This document shows positions 36,108-45,346 of a stretch of DNA of 64,000 nt, piece after piece. Within the stretch, counting starts at the first letter, position 1. The number at the start of each line of letters is the position of its first letter. The notes under the pieces are model-generated. The model ran no database searches and was not told the DNA's origin. It worked only from the letters and a program-made list of their open reading frames with translations. The stretch lies in the NCBI GenBank assembly GCA_042577045.1, contig JBHPEK010000001.1:15173-79172 (forward strand), in the 5' to 3' direction. The position numbers and the translations under genes are program-made. Origin of the DNA: Patescibacteria group bacterium (GTDB lineage Bacteria; Patescibacteriota; Minisyncoccia; JAHISW01; Tagabacteraceae).

Positions 36108-36134
36108 TCTGTGGGAAGTCCGACTTCCCACAGA
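36108..36134. repeat. TCSGA-centred element, class B, perfect 27 nt
   Basis: tctgtgggaagtc-c-gacttcccacaga. Confidence 0.9.
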
Positions 36135-36156
36135 AAAGGTTAGTTTTTTAGTGGAA

Positions 36157-36579
36157 TTATTTTTGGGTGTTTTTGTTGTGTGATTTCTTTTGATAGTTTT
36201 TGATAGTTTCTTTGAATGCTTGATCGGCTAAGACAGAGCAGTGGATTTTAATTTCCGGCAGACCACCAAGTTCATTCATAATGTCTTTTGGTGTAATTTT
36301 TAAAGCTTCGTCTATACTTTTTCCAATCACCATTTCTGAAAAAACAGACGTAGAAGCAATAGCCGAAGCGCACCCAAATGTACGCCACTTGAAATCTTTG
36401 ATTTTGTCTCCCTCAAACTTAATCCACATCTTCATCACATCACCACACGCTGGCGAACCCACCTCACCTTCTGCATCAAATTCTCCCGATTTGGGGTCCA
36501 CCAAAAGAACATTTTGTGGATTAAAAAAATGTTTTTTTACTGTTTCGCTATATTGCCAATCTAGGCCATCCTTTATCAT
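36157..36579 (-). CDS. nifU: NifU/IscU-type Fe-S cluster scaffold
   Basis: GSPACGDVM, FGCASAIASTS, HCSVLA motifs. Confidence 0.85.
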   Translation of the reverse strand: MIKDGLDWQYSETVKKHFFNPQNVLLVDPKSGEFDAEGEVGSPACGDVMKMWIKFEGDKIKDFKWRTFGCASAIASTSVFSEMVIGKSIDEALKITPKDIMNELGGLPEIKIHCSVLADQAFKETIKNYQKKSHNKNTQK

Positions 36580-36580
36580 A

Positions 36581-37801
36581 TTATTTTATGGAAGAAATAT
36601 TTTTTAATTTGTTAATAATATCTGGAAGAACTTTCAAAACATAATCTATGTCTTCTTTTGTGTTTTCCTTTCCCAAGCTGAACCGAACCGAACCATGCAC
36701 GTGCTCATGGCATCGGCCAATCGCTTTTATAACGTGTGAGGGTTCTAAACTATCCGAACTACACGCCGAACCGGTTGAGGAGGCTATTCCTTTGGCATCA
36801 AGGTATAAAATAATAGATTCGCCCTCTACTCCATGAAAAGAAATATTTATATTATTTGGAAGTCGGGCGTCTAAAGATCCGTTAATTTTGGAGTCGGGAA
36901 AAGTTTTTGAAAGATTTTCTATAAAATAATTACGCAATTCAATAAGACGAGCAGATTCTTTTTCTCTTTCCTTTTGGGCAACCTCTAGCGCCTCAGCAAA
37001 GCCAACAATGGCAGGAATATTTTCTGTTCCTGGACGAAGACCAGATTCTTGCCCACCACCGTAAAGTATTGGCTCAATTTTTAATCCTCTCTTTTTGTAA
37101 AGGCACCCAACTCCTTTGGGCCCATAAATTTTAGAACCGTTTAAAGACATTAGATCTATTCCCAACTTGGCAACATTTAAATCTAGAAAGGACGGGGTTT
37201 GAATAGCGTCGGTATGAAAATATGGTGTTTCAACTCCGTGTTCTTTTCGATGAGCACGAATTATTTTAGCAATCCTAGAGATTGGTTGAATGGTTCCTAT
37301 TTCATTATTGGCATACATAATAGAAACCAAGATCGTCTCTTTTCGAAGTTCTTTTTTTAATTCTTCTAAATCCACCAGTCCATCTTTATCTACATCTAAA
37401 TAACTAACTTCGAATCCCTCTTTCTCAAGTTTCTCGCAAGCATGAAGGACCGCGTGATGTTCTATACTGGAAGTAATGATATGTGGGAAGTTGGACTTCG
37501 CACGCTTGTTGTGGGAAGTCCTGAGAGAGATCTGATCTCTCTCAGTGCCCACAGAACCAAAAATGGCCAGATTGTCACTCTCAGTACCACTAGAAGTAAA
37601 AATAATTTCGTCTGGACGTGCACTCAAAATTTCGGACACTTTATGTCGAGCGTCAGAGATGGCTTTTTTGGCAACTCGACCCTCCTCATAAATTGAAGAG
37701 GCATTTCCAAAATCCACAGACCAAAAAGGCTCCATTGCCTTTTTAACAGCTGGATCTAGTTGGGTAGTTGCTGCATGATCTAAATATATTCTTTTCATCA
37801 T
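36581..37801 (-). CDS. nifS: cysteine desulfurase (NifS/IscS) carrying an in-frame repeat insertion
   Basis: GTESDN, PLP Lys region SLNGSKIYGPKG, catalytic SSTGSACSS. Confidence 0.9.
   Translation of the reverse strand: MMKRIYLDHAATTQLDPAVKKAMEPFWSVDFGNASSIYEEGRVAKKAISDARHKVSEILSARPDEIIFTSSGTESDNLAIFGSVGTERDQISLRTSHNKRAKSNFPHIITSSIEHHAVLHACEKLEKEGFEVSYLDVDKDGLVDLEELKKELRKETILVSIMYANNEIGTIQPISRIAKIIRAHRKEHGVETPYFHTDAIQTPSFLDLNVAKLGIDLMSLNGSKIYGPKGVGCLYKKRGLKIEPILYGGGQESGLRPGTENIPAIVGFAEALEVAQKEREKESARLIELRNYFIENLSKTFPDSKINGSLDARLPNNINISFHGVEGESIILYLDAKGIASSTGSACSSDSLEPSHVIKAIGRCHEHVHGSVRFSLGKENTKEDIDYVLKVLPDIINKLKNISSIK
37482..37504. repeat. degenerate class B element inside nifS
   Basis: tgtgggaagtTggacttcGcacG. 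Confidence 0.7.
37510..37553. repeat. composite class B/inner-arm element inside nifS
   Basis: tgtgggaagtcctgagagagatctgatctctctcagtgcccaca. Confidence 0.85.
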
Positions 37802-38877
37802 AAATTTCTATAAAGTTTAAGCCACTTAATAGTTTTTTTCAAGCCCAAAACATTTCTAAAATATCGAAAAAATATAAGATGGCGTAAAAATTTTGCAAAC
37901 AATCCCTTTAACTTTAAAAAACCAAAATCAATAAAAATATCATTTCCGCCAAAATCAACTATATAAAAACTTTTATTTTCTTTATAGTTTGAAATTTTTT
38001 GATTGTTAATCTTCTTTTTTAGTGCTCTGGCAATATATTTTCCTTGGTGAATTGCCGATTGCGCCGTTGGCGCTTTTATAAGAAAAACGTTTTTGTATTT
38101 TTTAAGACGAAGGGTGCTGCTTGTTTCTTTAAACTCCTCAATTAGGTGGTTCTGTTTCTTTCCAGTTGCCCAAACTAAAACATCCTCAAGGTCTTCTTTT
38201 TCAATCTGGCTTTTTGTAAAAATTTCAACATTCATTTTTTCAAAAATATTTAATGCAGTTTCGCGAATCCAAGACGAAGAAGATGGCAAAATTTTGCTAC
38301 CAATTTCAAAAAGTTTAAAATGTATTAAATCACGCGGGTGTGAATGCGCAACAGAAAGATTGCGTACATAATGATGCAAGCTAGCTATTAACTCACACCC
38401 AACCAAACCAGCTCCAGCTACCACAATGTCTATCTTTTCCTTCTTAGCTTTTTGTTTCAAAATCTCTTCAATTTTTGTCTTAATCCTCAAAACATCTTCC
38501 AAAGATGAAAATGATGAGTTTGGAAATTGTGGCTCGGCGCCAGTCGCCAAAACAAGATAATCGTAGTCTACAACTTTTTTGTTCTTCAAATTAATTTTAT
38601 TTTGATTGGGTAAAAATTTAACAACTTTGTTTTTTAGAAAAGTTATTTTTTTATTTCCAAATATGTCTTCGAATTTTATGGCAACTACTTGGAAAACTTT
38701 AGAAACATCCAAAATAGAAGACGTGGCCCTAAAAAATGCAGGCGTAAAAAGATGATAGTTGTTTTTATCAACCAAAACTACTTCAAATTCTTTGGGGGCG
38801 ATTTTTAAAATGTGTTTGGCAACTGCCAGACCAGCAAAACCACCACCCACTATAACAAGTTTCTTTTTTTTCTTCAT
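37798..38877 (-). CDS. FAD/NAD(P)-dependent oxidoreductase (NDH-2 / pyridine nucleotide-disulfide type)
   Basis: Two dinucleotide folds: VIVGGGFAGLA and VVAGAGLVGCE. Confidence 0.6.
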   Translation of the reverse strand: MKKKKKLVIVGGGFAGLAVAKHILKIAPKEFEVVLVDKNNYHLFTPAFFRATSSILDVSKVFQVVAIKFEDIFGNKKITFLKNKVVKFLPNQNKINLKNKKVVDYDYLVLATGAEPQFPNSSFSSLEDVLRIKTKIEEILKQKAKKEKIDIVVAGAGLVGCELIASLHHYVRNLSVAHSHPRDLIHFKLFEIGSKILPSSSSWIRETALNIFEKMNVEIFTKSQIEKEDLEDVLVWATGKKQNHLIEEFKETSSTLRLKKYKNVFLIKAPTAQSAIHQGKYIARALKKKINNQKISNYKENKSFYIVDFGGNDIFIDFGFLKLKGLFAKFLRHLIFFRYFRNVLGLKKTIKWLKLYRNL

Positions 38878-39467
38878 TTTTTATTCAAATTTTTTAAATA
38901 AGATTGCCTATGCAAGGTGCTTGTGCCATGTTTTTTAATCATTTTATAGTGCAATTTGGTGCCATATCCCTTGTGGCAATCAAAATAATAATCAGAATAA
39001 ATTTTATGTAGTCTTTGCATTTTTTTATCTCGATAAACCTTAGCGACAATAGAAGCAGCCGAGATAATAGGAATTTTTTCATCGCCTTTTATAATTGTTT
39101 TTTGGTTATAGTTCTTTGGAGCTTTGAGTCGCCCATCTAGCAAAACTAAATCTGGTTTTTTAGGAAGTCTACGTAATGTCCTGGCAATTGCCAATCTAGT
39201 TGCTCGTTGAATGCCAATCTTATCTATAACTTGAGGGCCCACCATAGCCACCTTGTATTCAAAATTATTATTTAAAACCTCCAGCCACTCACCTCTTTGT
39301 TTGGCGCTAAATTTCTTGGAATCGCGAATTCCTTTCAAAGAATTATGTATTAAGTATTTAGAATTAAGTATTTGTTTGCGATTTGCTGTAGCAACAACAG
39401 CTGCGACAGATATAGGCCCAGCCAACGGCCCTCTTCCTGCTTCATCGATACCAACTATTGTATACAT
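38874..39467 (-). CDS. rnhB: ribonuclease HII
   Basis: GIDEAGRGPLAGP, SKKFS, ASIVAK motifs. Confidence 0.9.
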   Translation of the reverse strand: MYTIVGIDEAGRGPLAGPISVAAVVATANRKQILNSKYLIHNSLKGIRDSKKFSAKQRGEWLEVLNNNFEYKVAMVGPQVIDKIGIQRATRLAIARTLRRLPKKPDLVLLDGRLKAPKNYNQKTIIKGDEKIPIISAASIVAKVYRDKKMQRLHKIYSDYYFDCHKGYGTKLHYKMIKKHGTSTLHRQSYLKNLNKK

Positions 39468-39501
39468 ATAAAAATAATATCACTTTTAGGCAAAAAAATC
39501 A

Positions 39502-39523
39502 GGCGGTGTATAAATACACCGCC
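39502..39523. terminator. bidirectional-type terminator
   Basis: ggcggtgta-taaa-tacaccgcc flanked by A7 and T6. Confidence 0.7.
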
Positions 39524-39543
39524 CTTTTTTGGTTACCCGCGGG

Positions 39544-40341
39544 TTATCCTTTGGGCTCTTCTTCGGTAATGTAACAAGTGTCACGGAAGCAGAACTTGGG
39601 CTCGCCGACAAAAATGATCTTGCCGGTGCCGTCGGAATAGTCTGGCACTTCAGAAAAGTGATTTTCCTCTAAAGTGATTATTCCACCGTCTAAATCCAAA
39701 CCATAGGGTGTGGAAATATACCAATGGTCTTCAACTTCGATCATCACTCGAACATTGATAGCGGTGATGGGTAGATATGCCCAAAAGTTTAGAGAACCAT
39801 TTTCGGCATAGGCCGTACCATCGAAGAGGACTTCCAATTCGTCGTCGTCATCTGCGACGACTTTGACCCGGTAGTTATCGCTATTGTCCGGAATACCACT
39901 GTCAAATCCAAAGTAGTATCCCCAACCTTCCACCATAATAAATTCCGGCGCTGGTTCTTCGGTAATCTCATCGGCAGTGACCGTCACTTCCCGATTAAAA
40001 GTAAAAGTGGTGTTGTAATCATGGTCAACACCGTACATTTCCACCCAGTACTCACCAGCCGGTATGCCGGGAAAGTTGAGAGAGATTTTACCGTTTTCAT
40101 CCTTTTCTCGCCAGAAATATTTATAATACATATCTGGTGACGTTGGATAAAAACTGACATTGACAGCTACTGTTGCTTCTTTTAGCTGATCAATACGATC
40201 TGCAATGTTGAAGCCACTTCCGCCTCCACTGCCTCCGCCTCCATCTACGGGAGTGAGAGTAACGGTTTCGGAAAAAACTGCGGGAACTGAAAGGAATAAA
40301 ACAGCGAAGATAATCGCCAAAATGTTGGTCAACTTTCTCAT
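39544..40341 (-). CDS. secreted hypothetical protein (GC-rich island)
   Basis: Signal peptide, Gly-rich linker; ATGA overlap with the upstream gene. Confidence 0.55.
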   Translation of the reverse strand: MRKLTNILAIIFAVLFLSVPAVFSETVTLTPVDGGGGSGGGSGFNIADRIDQLKEATVAVNVSFYPTSPDMYYKYFWREKDENGKISLNFPGIPAGEYWVEMYGVDHDYNTTFTFNREVTVTADEITEEPAPEFIMVEGWGYYFGFDSGIPDNSDNYRVKVVADDDDELEVLFDGTAYAENGSLNFWAYLPITAINVRVMIEVEDHWYISTPYGLDLDGGIITLEENHFSEVPDYSDGTGKIIFVGEPKFCFRDTCYITEEEPKG

Positions 40342-40574
40342 GAGCTGGTACCTCCTTTTTCCTTACTGGTTGAAAAATCTATGACGCCGAAATTGACGCC
40401 ACCGGTTTTTGGTTTAATGTTTAATTTTTCTAAATCCGCCGGAGCGGGCTCCTCGTAACTAAACGTGGCTCTTTCGTAAGTTTCATTCTGAATTGGTCGG
40501 GTCTTCAATGCAGCCAAGACAGAAAAGATAACAAGTAAAATCCCTAGAAATAAAACGGTAGATGATTTCTTCAA
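40338..40574 (-). CDS. small membrane-anchored protein (TTG start)
   Basis: AAGGAGG RBS 7 nt upstream of the TTG; N-terminal TM helix. Confidence 0.5.
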   Translation of the reverse strand: MKKSSTVLFLGILLVIFSVLAALKTRPIQNETYERATFSYEEPAPADLEKLNIKPKTGGVNFGVIDFSTSKEKGGTSS

Positions 40575-40630
40575 AATAAACCTCCTTTTTCATAAATTAT
40601 TGTCAAAAATCACTATTTAAATTTAACTAC

Positions 40631-40658
40631 ATTCTAACATATCACTCAAATCTGTCAA
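40631..40658 (-). promoter_or_regulatory. promoter TTGACA-16-TAGAAT
   Basis: Reverse complement reads TTGACAgatttgagtgatatgtTAGAAT. Confidence 0.5.
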
Positions 40659-40672
40659 GTGGCAAAAAGATA

Positions 40673-40697
40673 CCCCAGAATGCAATACATTCTGGGG
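40673..40697 (-). terminator. terminator of the PEP-CTERM gene; near-identical copy at 41553-41577
   Basis: ccccagaatg...attctgggg. Confidence 0.65.
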
Positions 40698-40704
40698 ATT
40701 ACTT

Positions 40705-41415
40705 TTATTTACTATGTGAAAAACGTTTCCTGCTGACTCCTGCCAACCCCAACAATCCGACACCGAAAAGCACCATTGTTGCCGGTTCTGGAATCGGATC
40801 TGAAGGATTCGAGGTCTGAATAAAATCAAATGCCATGGTTGAGCCGGCTGGTGACAAAATTGTAAGCGCTACCCTATCTGCGGAATTGAAGTTTACACCG
40901 GAATAGTCACCAAATGCGAACGGAAAAGCAAGAGTCGTTCCACCTGGAGATGAAGATAAGACCTGCGACATAATTCCAGAGACAGCACCGTCGAAGGCCT
41001 CAATGGAAACCGTTCCATCTGTTGCGCCAAAATTGAAAGCTTCCAGATAAAACCCGTCGTCACTGGGAGTTGAAGCAAGATCAAAATCTGTAAAACCATC
41101 CCATGTAAAAATCGCCGTACTTGCCACACCTGCTTCATTTGAAATTGTTGCTAATCCTCCACTTACGGAAAGCGTTGAATCCTCAAACATGGGGCTAAAA
41201 ACTGCAGAAGTTACTTCAAGGCTCATGTCTCTGTCGGTCCCGATAATATCATCTATATCTATATCAACGACGTTAAGGGTTGTCGCTCCTCCACCCAAAG
41301 AATCTGACACAGACCCAACATCATCGAAAGAATCGATAAGGGTTGCTCGCGAAACAGGCACCACAAAAAGAAACAGAATTATCACTACAAACATTACCGC
41401 AATTCTTGCTTTCAT
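40705..41415 (-). CDS. PEP-CTERM-anchored secreted protein
   Basis: Signal peptide; C-terminal PIPEPATMVLFGVGLLGLAGVSRKR (PEP motif, TM helix, basic tail). Confidence 0.75.
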   Translation of the reverse strand: MKARIAVMFVVIILFLFVVPVSRATLIDSFDDVGSVSDSLGGGATTLNVVDIDIDDIIGTDRDMSLEVTSAVFSPMFEDSTLSVSGGLATISNEAGVASTAIFTWDGFTDFDLASTPSDDGFYLEAFNFGATDGTVSIEAFDGAVSGIMSQVLSSSPGGTTLAFPFAFGDYSGVNFNSADRVALTILSPAGSTMAFDFIQTSNPSDPIPEPATMVLFGVGLLGLAGVSRKRFSHSK

Positions 41416-41512
41416 TTTTTCTCCTTTTCAAAGAAAACCGCGCAGAGCGCAGAGTTATTAATTTGTACTTCGAGAGCACCTTAGCAAACCTTTGACAATT
41501 TGTCAACTGCTT

Positions 41513-41539
41513 TCTGTGGGAAGTCCGACTTCCCACAGA
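41513..41539. repeat. TCSGA-centred element, class B, perfect
   Basis: tctgtgggaagtc-c-gacttcccacaga followed by tacaaaaaa. Confidence 0.9.
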
Positions 41540-41552
41540 TACAAAAAACTAT

Positions 41553-41577
41553 CCCCAGAATGCAGAACATTCTGGGG
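41553..41577 (-). terminator. terminator of 41645-42007
   Basis: ccccagaatg...attctgggg. Confidence 0.65.
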
Positions 41578-41644
41578 GTTTGTGTGGGGCCCAGCTTAGC
41601 TGGGGATTTTTGTTAAACGAAGGAGACAGGCGATCCGGAATGTA

Positions 41645-42007
41645 TCATATAGCGGATCGGGGCCGGTGGGCGATGGCGTTTCGATGATCGGCATGATCTG
41701 TGGGACCAGGGATCGATGTCTTCAATACAATGTCACCATGTCCGTTGACCGGATTGGGACCGCCGCTTCCATGGGCATTTGTAAAATACAGGATTAAGTT
41801 CGAACTGGGGCCAACCGTTGGCGCCAGGGTCTGGGTGCCGGCAATGACGGTTCCGTCATCCGATCCGATGATGCTTTTATCGATAAAATTGGGGATCGTG
41901 GATGCGGAAGCCGGAGTGGCGATAAGGCATAACGCCAGCAATAATCCAAAAATAATGGGAATGGCCATGGGTCGAAAACGCACTTGCCGGTGGGTCGGTG
42001 TTCTCAT
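41645..42007 (-). CDS. secreted hypothetical protein (GC-rich)
   Basis: AAGGAGG 6 nt before the ATG at 42007; signal peptide ending ATPASA. Confidence 0.5.
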   Translation of the reverse strand: MRTPTHRQVRFRPMAIPIIFGLLLALCLIATPASASTIPNFIDKSIIGSDDGTVIAGTQTLAPTVGPSSNLILYFTNAHGSGGPNPVNGHGDIVLKTSIPGPTDHADHRNAIAHRPRSAI

Positions 42008-42139
42008 AGAAAACCTCCTTGTTTTGGTTGTCAATCCGTGCCAATTTGCACGTCATAAACATACTAACAAATATAAAAAATAATGTCAATAGCCCACTTT
42101 TTGCACCTCGGATTAATTTAAAGTAGAATTAAGATAATT

Positions 42140-45100
42140 ATGTCTTTTGTTCATCTGCACAATCATTCTCACTATTCCCTCTTAGACGGTCTAACCAAGA
42201 TTGATGAGCTTGTTAATGAGGCAATAGAAAACAAAATGCCCGCAGTAGCATTAACAGACCATGGAAACATGCACGGCGTTATTGAGTTTTACAAAAAAGC
42301 AACGAAGGCGGGTATAAAACCAATCCTCGGATTTGAAGCATACATCTCTCCTCGCTCTATGCATCAAAAGGAAGCACACATTGATGCTAAGCCGTTTCAC
42401 TTTTTGCTTCTAGCCAAAAACAGGGATGGATATAAAAATTTACTAAAACTGGTCAGCAAAGGACACACTGAAGGTTTTTATTATAAGCCAAGAATAGACA
42501 AGGAAACTCTGGCCGAATATTCTCAAGGGCTTATTGGGTCTACCGCCTGTATGGGAGGAGAAATTCCTCGTCTCCTTTTAAGCGACAAATATGAGCAAGC
42601 CAAAAAAATTGCTTTGGAGTATCAAGATATTTTTGGAAAAGATTCTTTCTTTCTTGAAATTCAACACCACCCCAGTATTCCAAATTATGAAATAGTAAAT
42701 AGAAAAATGATTCAGCTTTCTAAGGAGACTGGTATCCCCCTTATTGCAACTCAAGATACTCATTACTTAAAAAAGGATGATGCTCAAGCACAAGATGCCC
42801 TAGTCGCCATCCAAACAAACTCCCTCGTAAACGACACCAATAGACTAACAATGAAAGACGATGATTATTCTTTTAGAAGCACTGCCGAAATGAAAAGTCT
42901 TTTCAAGGAGACACCTGAAGCAATAAAAAATACTTTAAAGATTGCCGAGATGTGTGCCACAAAACTGAAACTTGGCGAGTGGATATTTCCCAACTTTGAA
43001 GTTCCAGAAAACAAAACAGCAGAATCATATCTTCAACAATTGACAACACAAGGACTGAAAGAAAAAAATATAAAAACGACAAAAAAAATGAAAGAACGGA
43101 TAGATTATGAACTTGGCATCATCAATAAAAAAGGATACGCACCGTACTTTTTAATTATTGCTGATTTTGTTAACGAAGCAAAAAAAAGAAGAATTGTGAC
43201 AAATACCCGTGGATCCGCGGCGGGTTCATTTGTTTCCTACCTTATTGGAATTAGCGATGTTGACCCATTAGAATATGGTTTGCCTTTTGAAAGATTCTTG
43301 AATCCTCTGCGCCCCTCTTTGCCAGATGTTGATATGGATTTTGCCGATGACAGGCGCGATGAAATTATTGAATATGCCAAGGAAAAATATGGTTACGATA
43401 AAGTGGCTCAAATTGGCACATTTGGAACAATGATGGCCCGAGGCTCTGTGCGTGATGTAACACGAGTACTAAACCACGGCTACAGCACCGGAGACCGTTT
43501 GTCTAAAATGATCCCTCTCGGATCACAGGGTTTCCCAATGAGCATCAAACTGGCTATGGAGATGAATTCGGAGCTTAGTGACGCTTACGAAAAAGAAGAA
43601 AAAACAAAAGAGATCTTGGATTTGGCCCAAAAAATTGAAGGATCTGCAAGACATGTTTCTGTTCACGCGGCAGGAGTAGTAATTAGCCCCATTCCTTTAA
43701 CTAACTTTGTACCACTACAACAAGAGTCGCGAGGAGACAAAATTATCACCCAATTTGATATGCATGCTGTTGAAGATACTGGTCTGGTACAAATGGATTT
43801 TTTGGGAATACGAAACCTAGCTATCTTGGGACGCGCAATAGAACTTATAGAAAAAACGCGAAAAGAGAAAGTTGACTTAAATAAAGTACCCATTGATGAC
43901 AAAAAAAGTTTTGAACTCCTCGCGCGCGGTGAAACCATCGGATTATTTCAATTGGGTGGCAGTGGAATGACTCGATACTTGAAAGAATTAAAACCAACTT
44001 GTATTACCGACATCATGGCCATGATTGCTCTTTTTAGGCCTGGACCGATGGCCAACATTCCAACCTATATAAAAAGGAAGCAGGGCAAGGAACCCGTTAC
44101 TTACCTAGATCCCCGACTAGAAAAAATATTAGACAAAACCTACGGAGTTGTTACATATCAGGACGATGTTTTGTTTATTGCCATGGAATTAGCCGGCTAT
44201 AACTGGGAAACAGTAGATAAGTTTAGAAAAGCAATCGGTAAAAAAATTCCAGCCGAGATGGATAAACAAGAAAAAATATTTATCAAAGGATGCCAAGAAC
44301 AGGGTGGACTTTCCGAGCGAAAGGCAAATCAGTTATGGAAACTATTCGACCCATTTAAGGGCTATGGATTTAACAAAGCGCACGCTGCTAGCTATGGCAT
44401 GGTTGCCTACCAAACAGCGTATCTTAAAGCAAACTACCCTGGTGAATTTATGACCGCTGTTCTATCTGCAGAAGCTGGCGACATGGAAAAAATGTTTGAA
44501 ATAATGAACGAGTGTAAAAGAATGAAAATAAAAGTTTTACCACCAGACATAAACGAAAGTTTTAAAGACTTCACTTTGGTAGAAAATAATATTCGTTTTG
44601 GCTTACAAGCCATAAAAAATGTAGGAGAAAATGTAGTTAAAAGTATCATAGACGAAAGGAAAGAAAATGGAAAGTTTGTCTCCATAGAAGATTTGCTAGA
44701 CCGAGTACGGTCTAAAGACCTAAACAAAAAATCTTTAGAGTCCTTAATAAAAGCTGGTGCTTTTGATGAATTTGAAGAAAGGAACACGCTACTTTCAAGT
44801 CTAGAAAAAATTTTGGAATACCACAAAGAAGCAAAAAATGGTAAGAACTCTAGCCAGTCCTCCCTCTTCAGTTTGGCAGAAAAAGAAATAGAACTTTCAG
44901 GACTTAAGATGGAAAAAGCCGAAAAAATGAAGGACGAAGAAAGACTAAAGTGGGAAAAAGAACTTTTAGGGCTTTACATTTCCGGACACCCTCTTGATAA
45001 ATACAGAAACAAAATGGCAAACGCCAAGATAAATATTGCTACCATCAAAAAACTTGGCGACCAAACCCCCGTTATGTTTATGGCTATGACCGAACAAATT

Positions 45101-45313
45101 AGAACCATTATGACCAAAAAGGGAGATCAAATGGCTTTTGTAAGGCTTTTAGACCTAAATGAAAATATAGAAATGGTTGTTTTCCCTCGTACTTTTGGAA
45201 TGTACGGCAGATTTTTAGAAGAAGATAAATGTGTTATAGTAAATGGGAAGGTTAGTACTCGCAACAGTGAAATGAGTATAATCTGTGAGGAAATAAAAGA
45301 GTTTAATATCTAG
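42140..45313 (+). CDS. dnaE: DNA polymerase III alpha subunit
   Basis: PHP domain HLHNHSHYSLLDG, polymerase core, OB fold at the C-terminus. Confidence 0.95.
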   Translation: MSFVHLHNHSHYSLLDGLTKIDELVNEAIENKMPAVALTDHGNMHGVIEFYKKATKAGIKPILGFEAYISPRSMHQKEAHIDAKPFHFLLLAKNRDGYKNLLKLVSKGHTEGFYYKPRIDKETLAEYSQGLIGSTACMGGEIPRLLLSDKYEQAKKIALEYQDIFGKDSFFLEIQHHPSIPNYEIVNRKMIQLSKETGIPLIATQDTHYLKKDDAQAQDALVAIQTNSLVNDTNRLTMKDDDYSFRSTAEMKSLFKETPEAIKNTLKIAEMCATKLKLGEWIFPNFEVPENKTAESYLQQLTTQGLKEKNIKTTKKMKERIDYELGIINKKGYAPYFLIIADFVNEAKKRRIVTNTRGSAAGSFVSYLIGISDVDPLEYGLPFERFLNPLRPSLPDVDMDFADDRRDEIIEYAKEKYGYDKVAQIGTFGTMMARGSVRDVTRVLNHGYSTGDRLSKMIPLGSQGFPMSIKLAMEMNSELSDAYEKEEKTKEILDLAQKIEGSARHVSVHAAGVVISPIPLTNFVPLQQESRGDKIITQFDMHAVEDTGLVQMDFLGIRNLAILGRAIELIEKTRKEKVDLNKVPIDDKKSFELLARGETIGLFQLGGSGMTRYLKELKPTCITDIMAMIALFRPGPMANIPTYIKRKQGKEPVTYLDPRLEKILDKTYGVVTYQDDVLFIAMELAGYNWETVDKFRKAIGKKIPAEMDKQEKIFIKGCQEQGGLSERKANQLWKLFDPFKGYGFNKAHAASYGMVAYQTAYLKANYPGEFMTAVLSAEAGDMEKMFEIMNECKRMKIKVLPPDINESFKDFTLVENNIRFGLQAIKNVGENVVKSIIDERKENGKFVSIEDLLDRVRSKDLNKKSLESLIKAGAFDEFEERNTLLSSLEKILEYHKEAKNGKNSSQSSLFSLAEKEIELSGLKMEKAEKMKDEERLKWEKELLGLYISGHPLDKYRNKMANAKINIATIKKLGDQTPVMFMAMTEQIRTIMTKKGDQMAFVRLLDLNENIEMVVFPRTFGMYGRFLEEDKCVIVNGKVSTRNSEMSIICEEIKEFNI

Positions 45314-45346
45314 GTATTTAGTATAAAGTATTAAGAATTAAGTATC

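Larger units (their letters stand above)
35373..36134 (-). mobile_element. IS200/RAYT-like unit: class B hairpin - Y1 transposase gene - class B hairpin
   Basis: Gene bracketed by class B elements at both ends. Confidence 0.6.
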
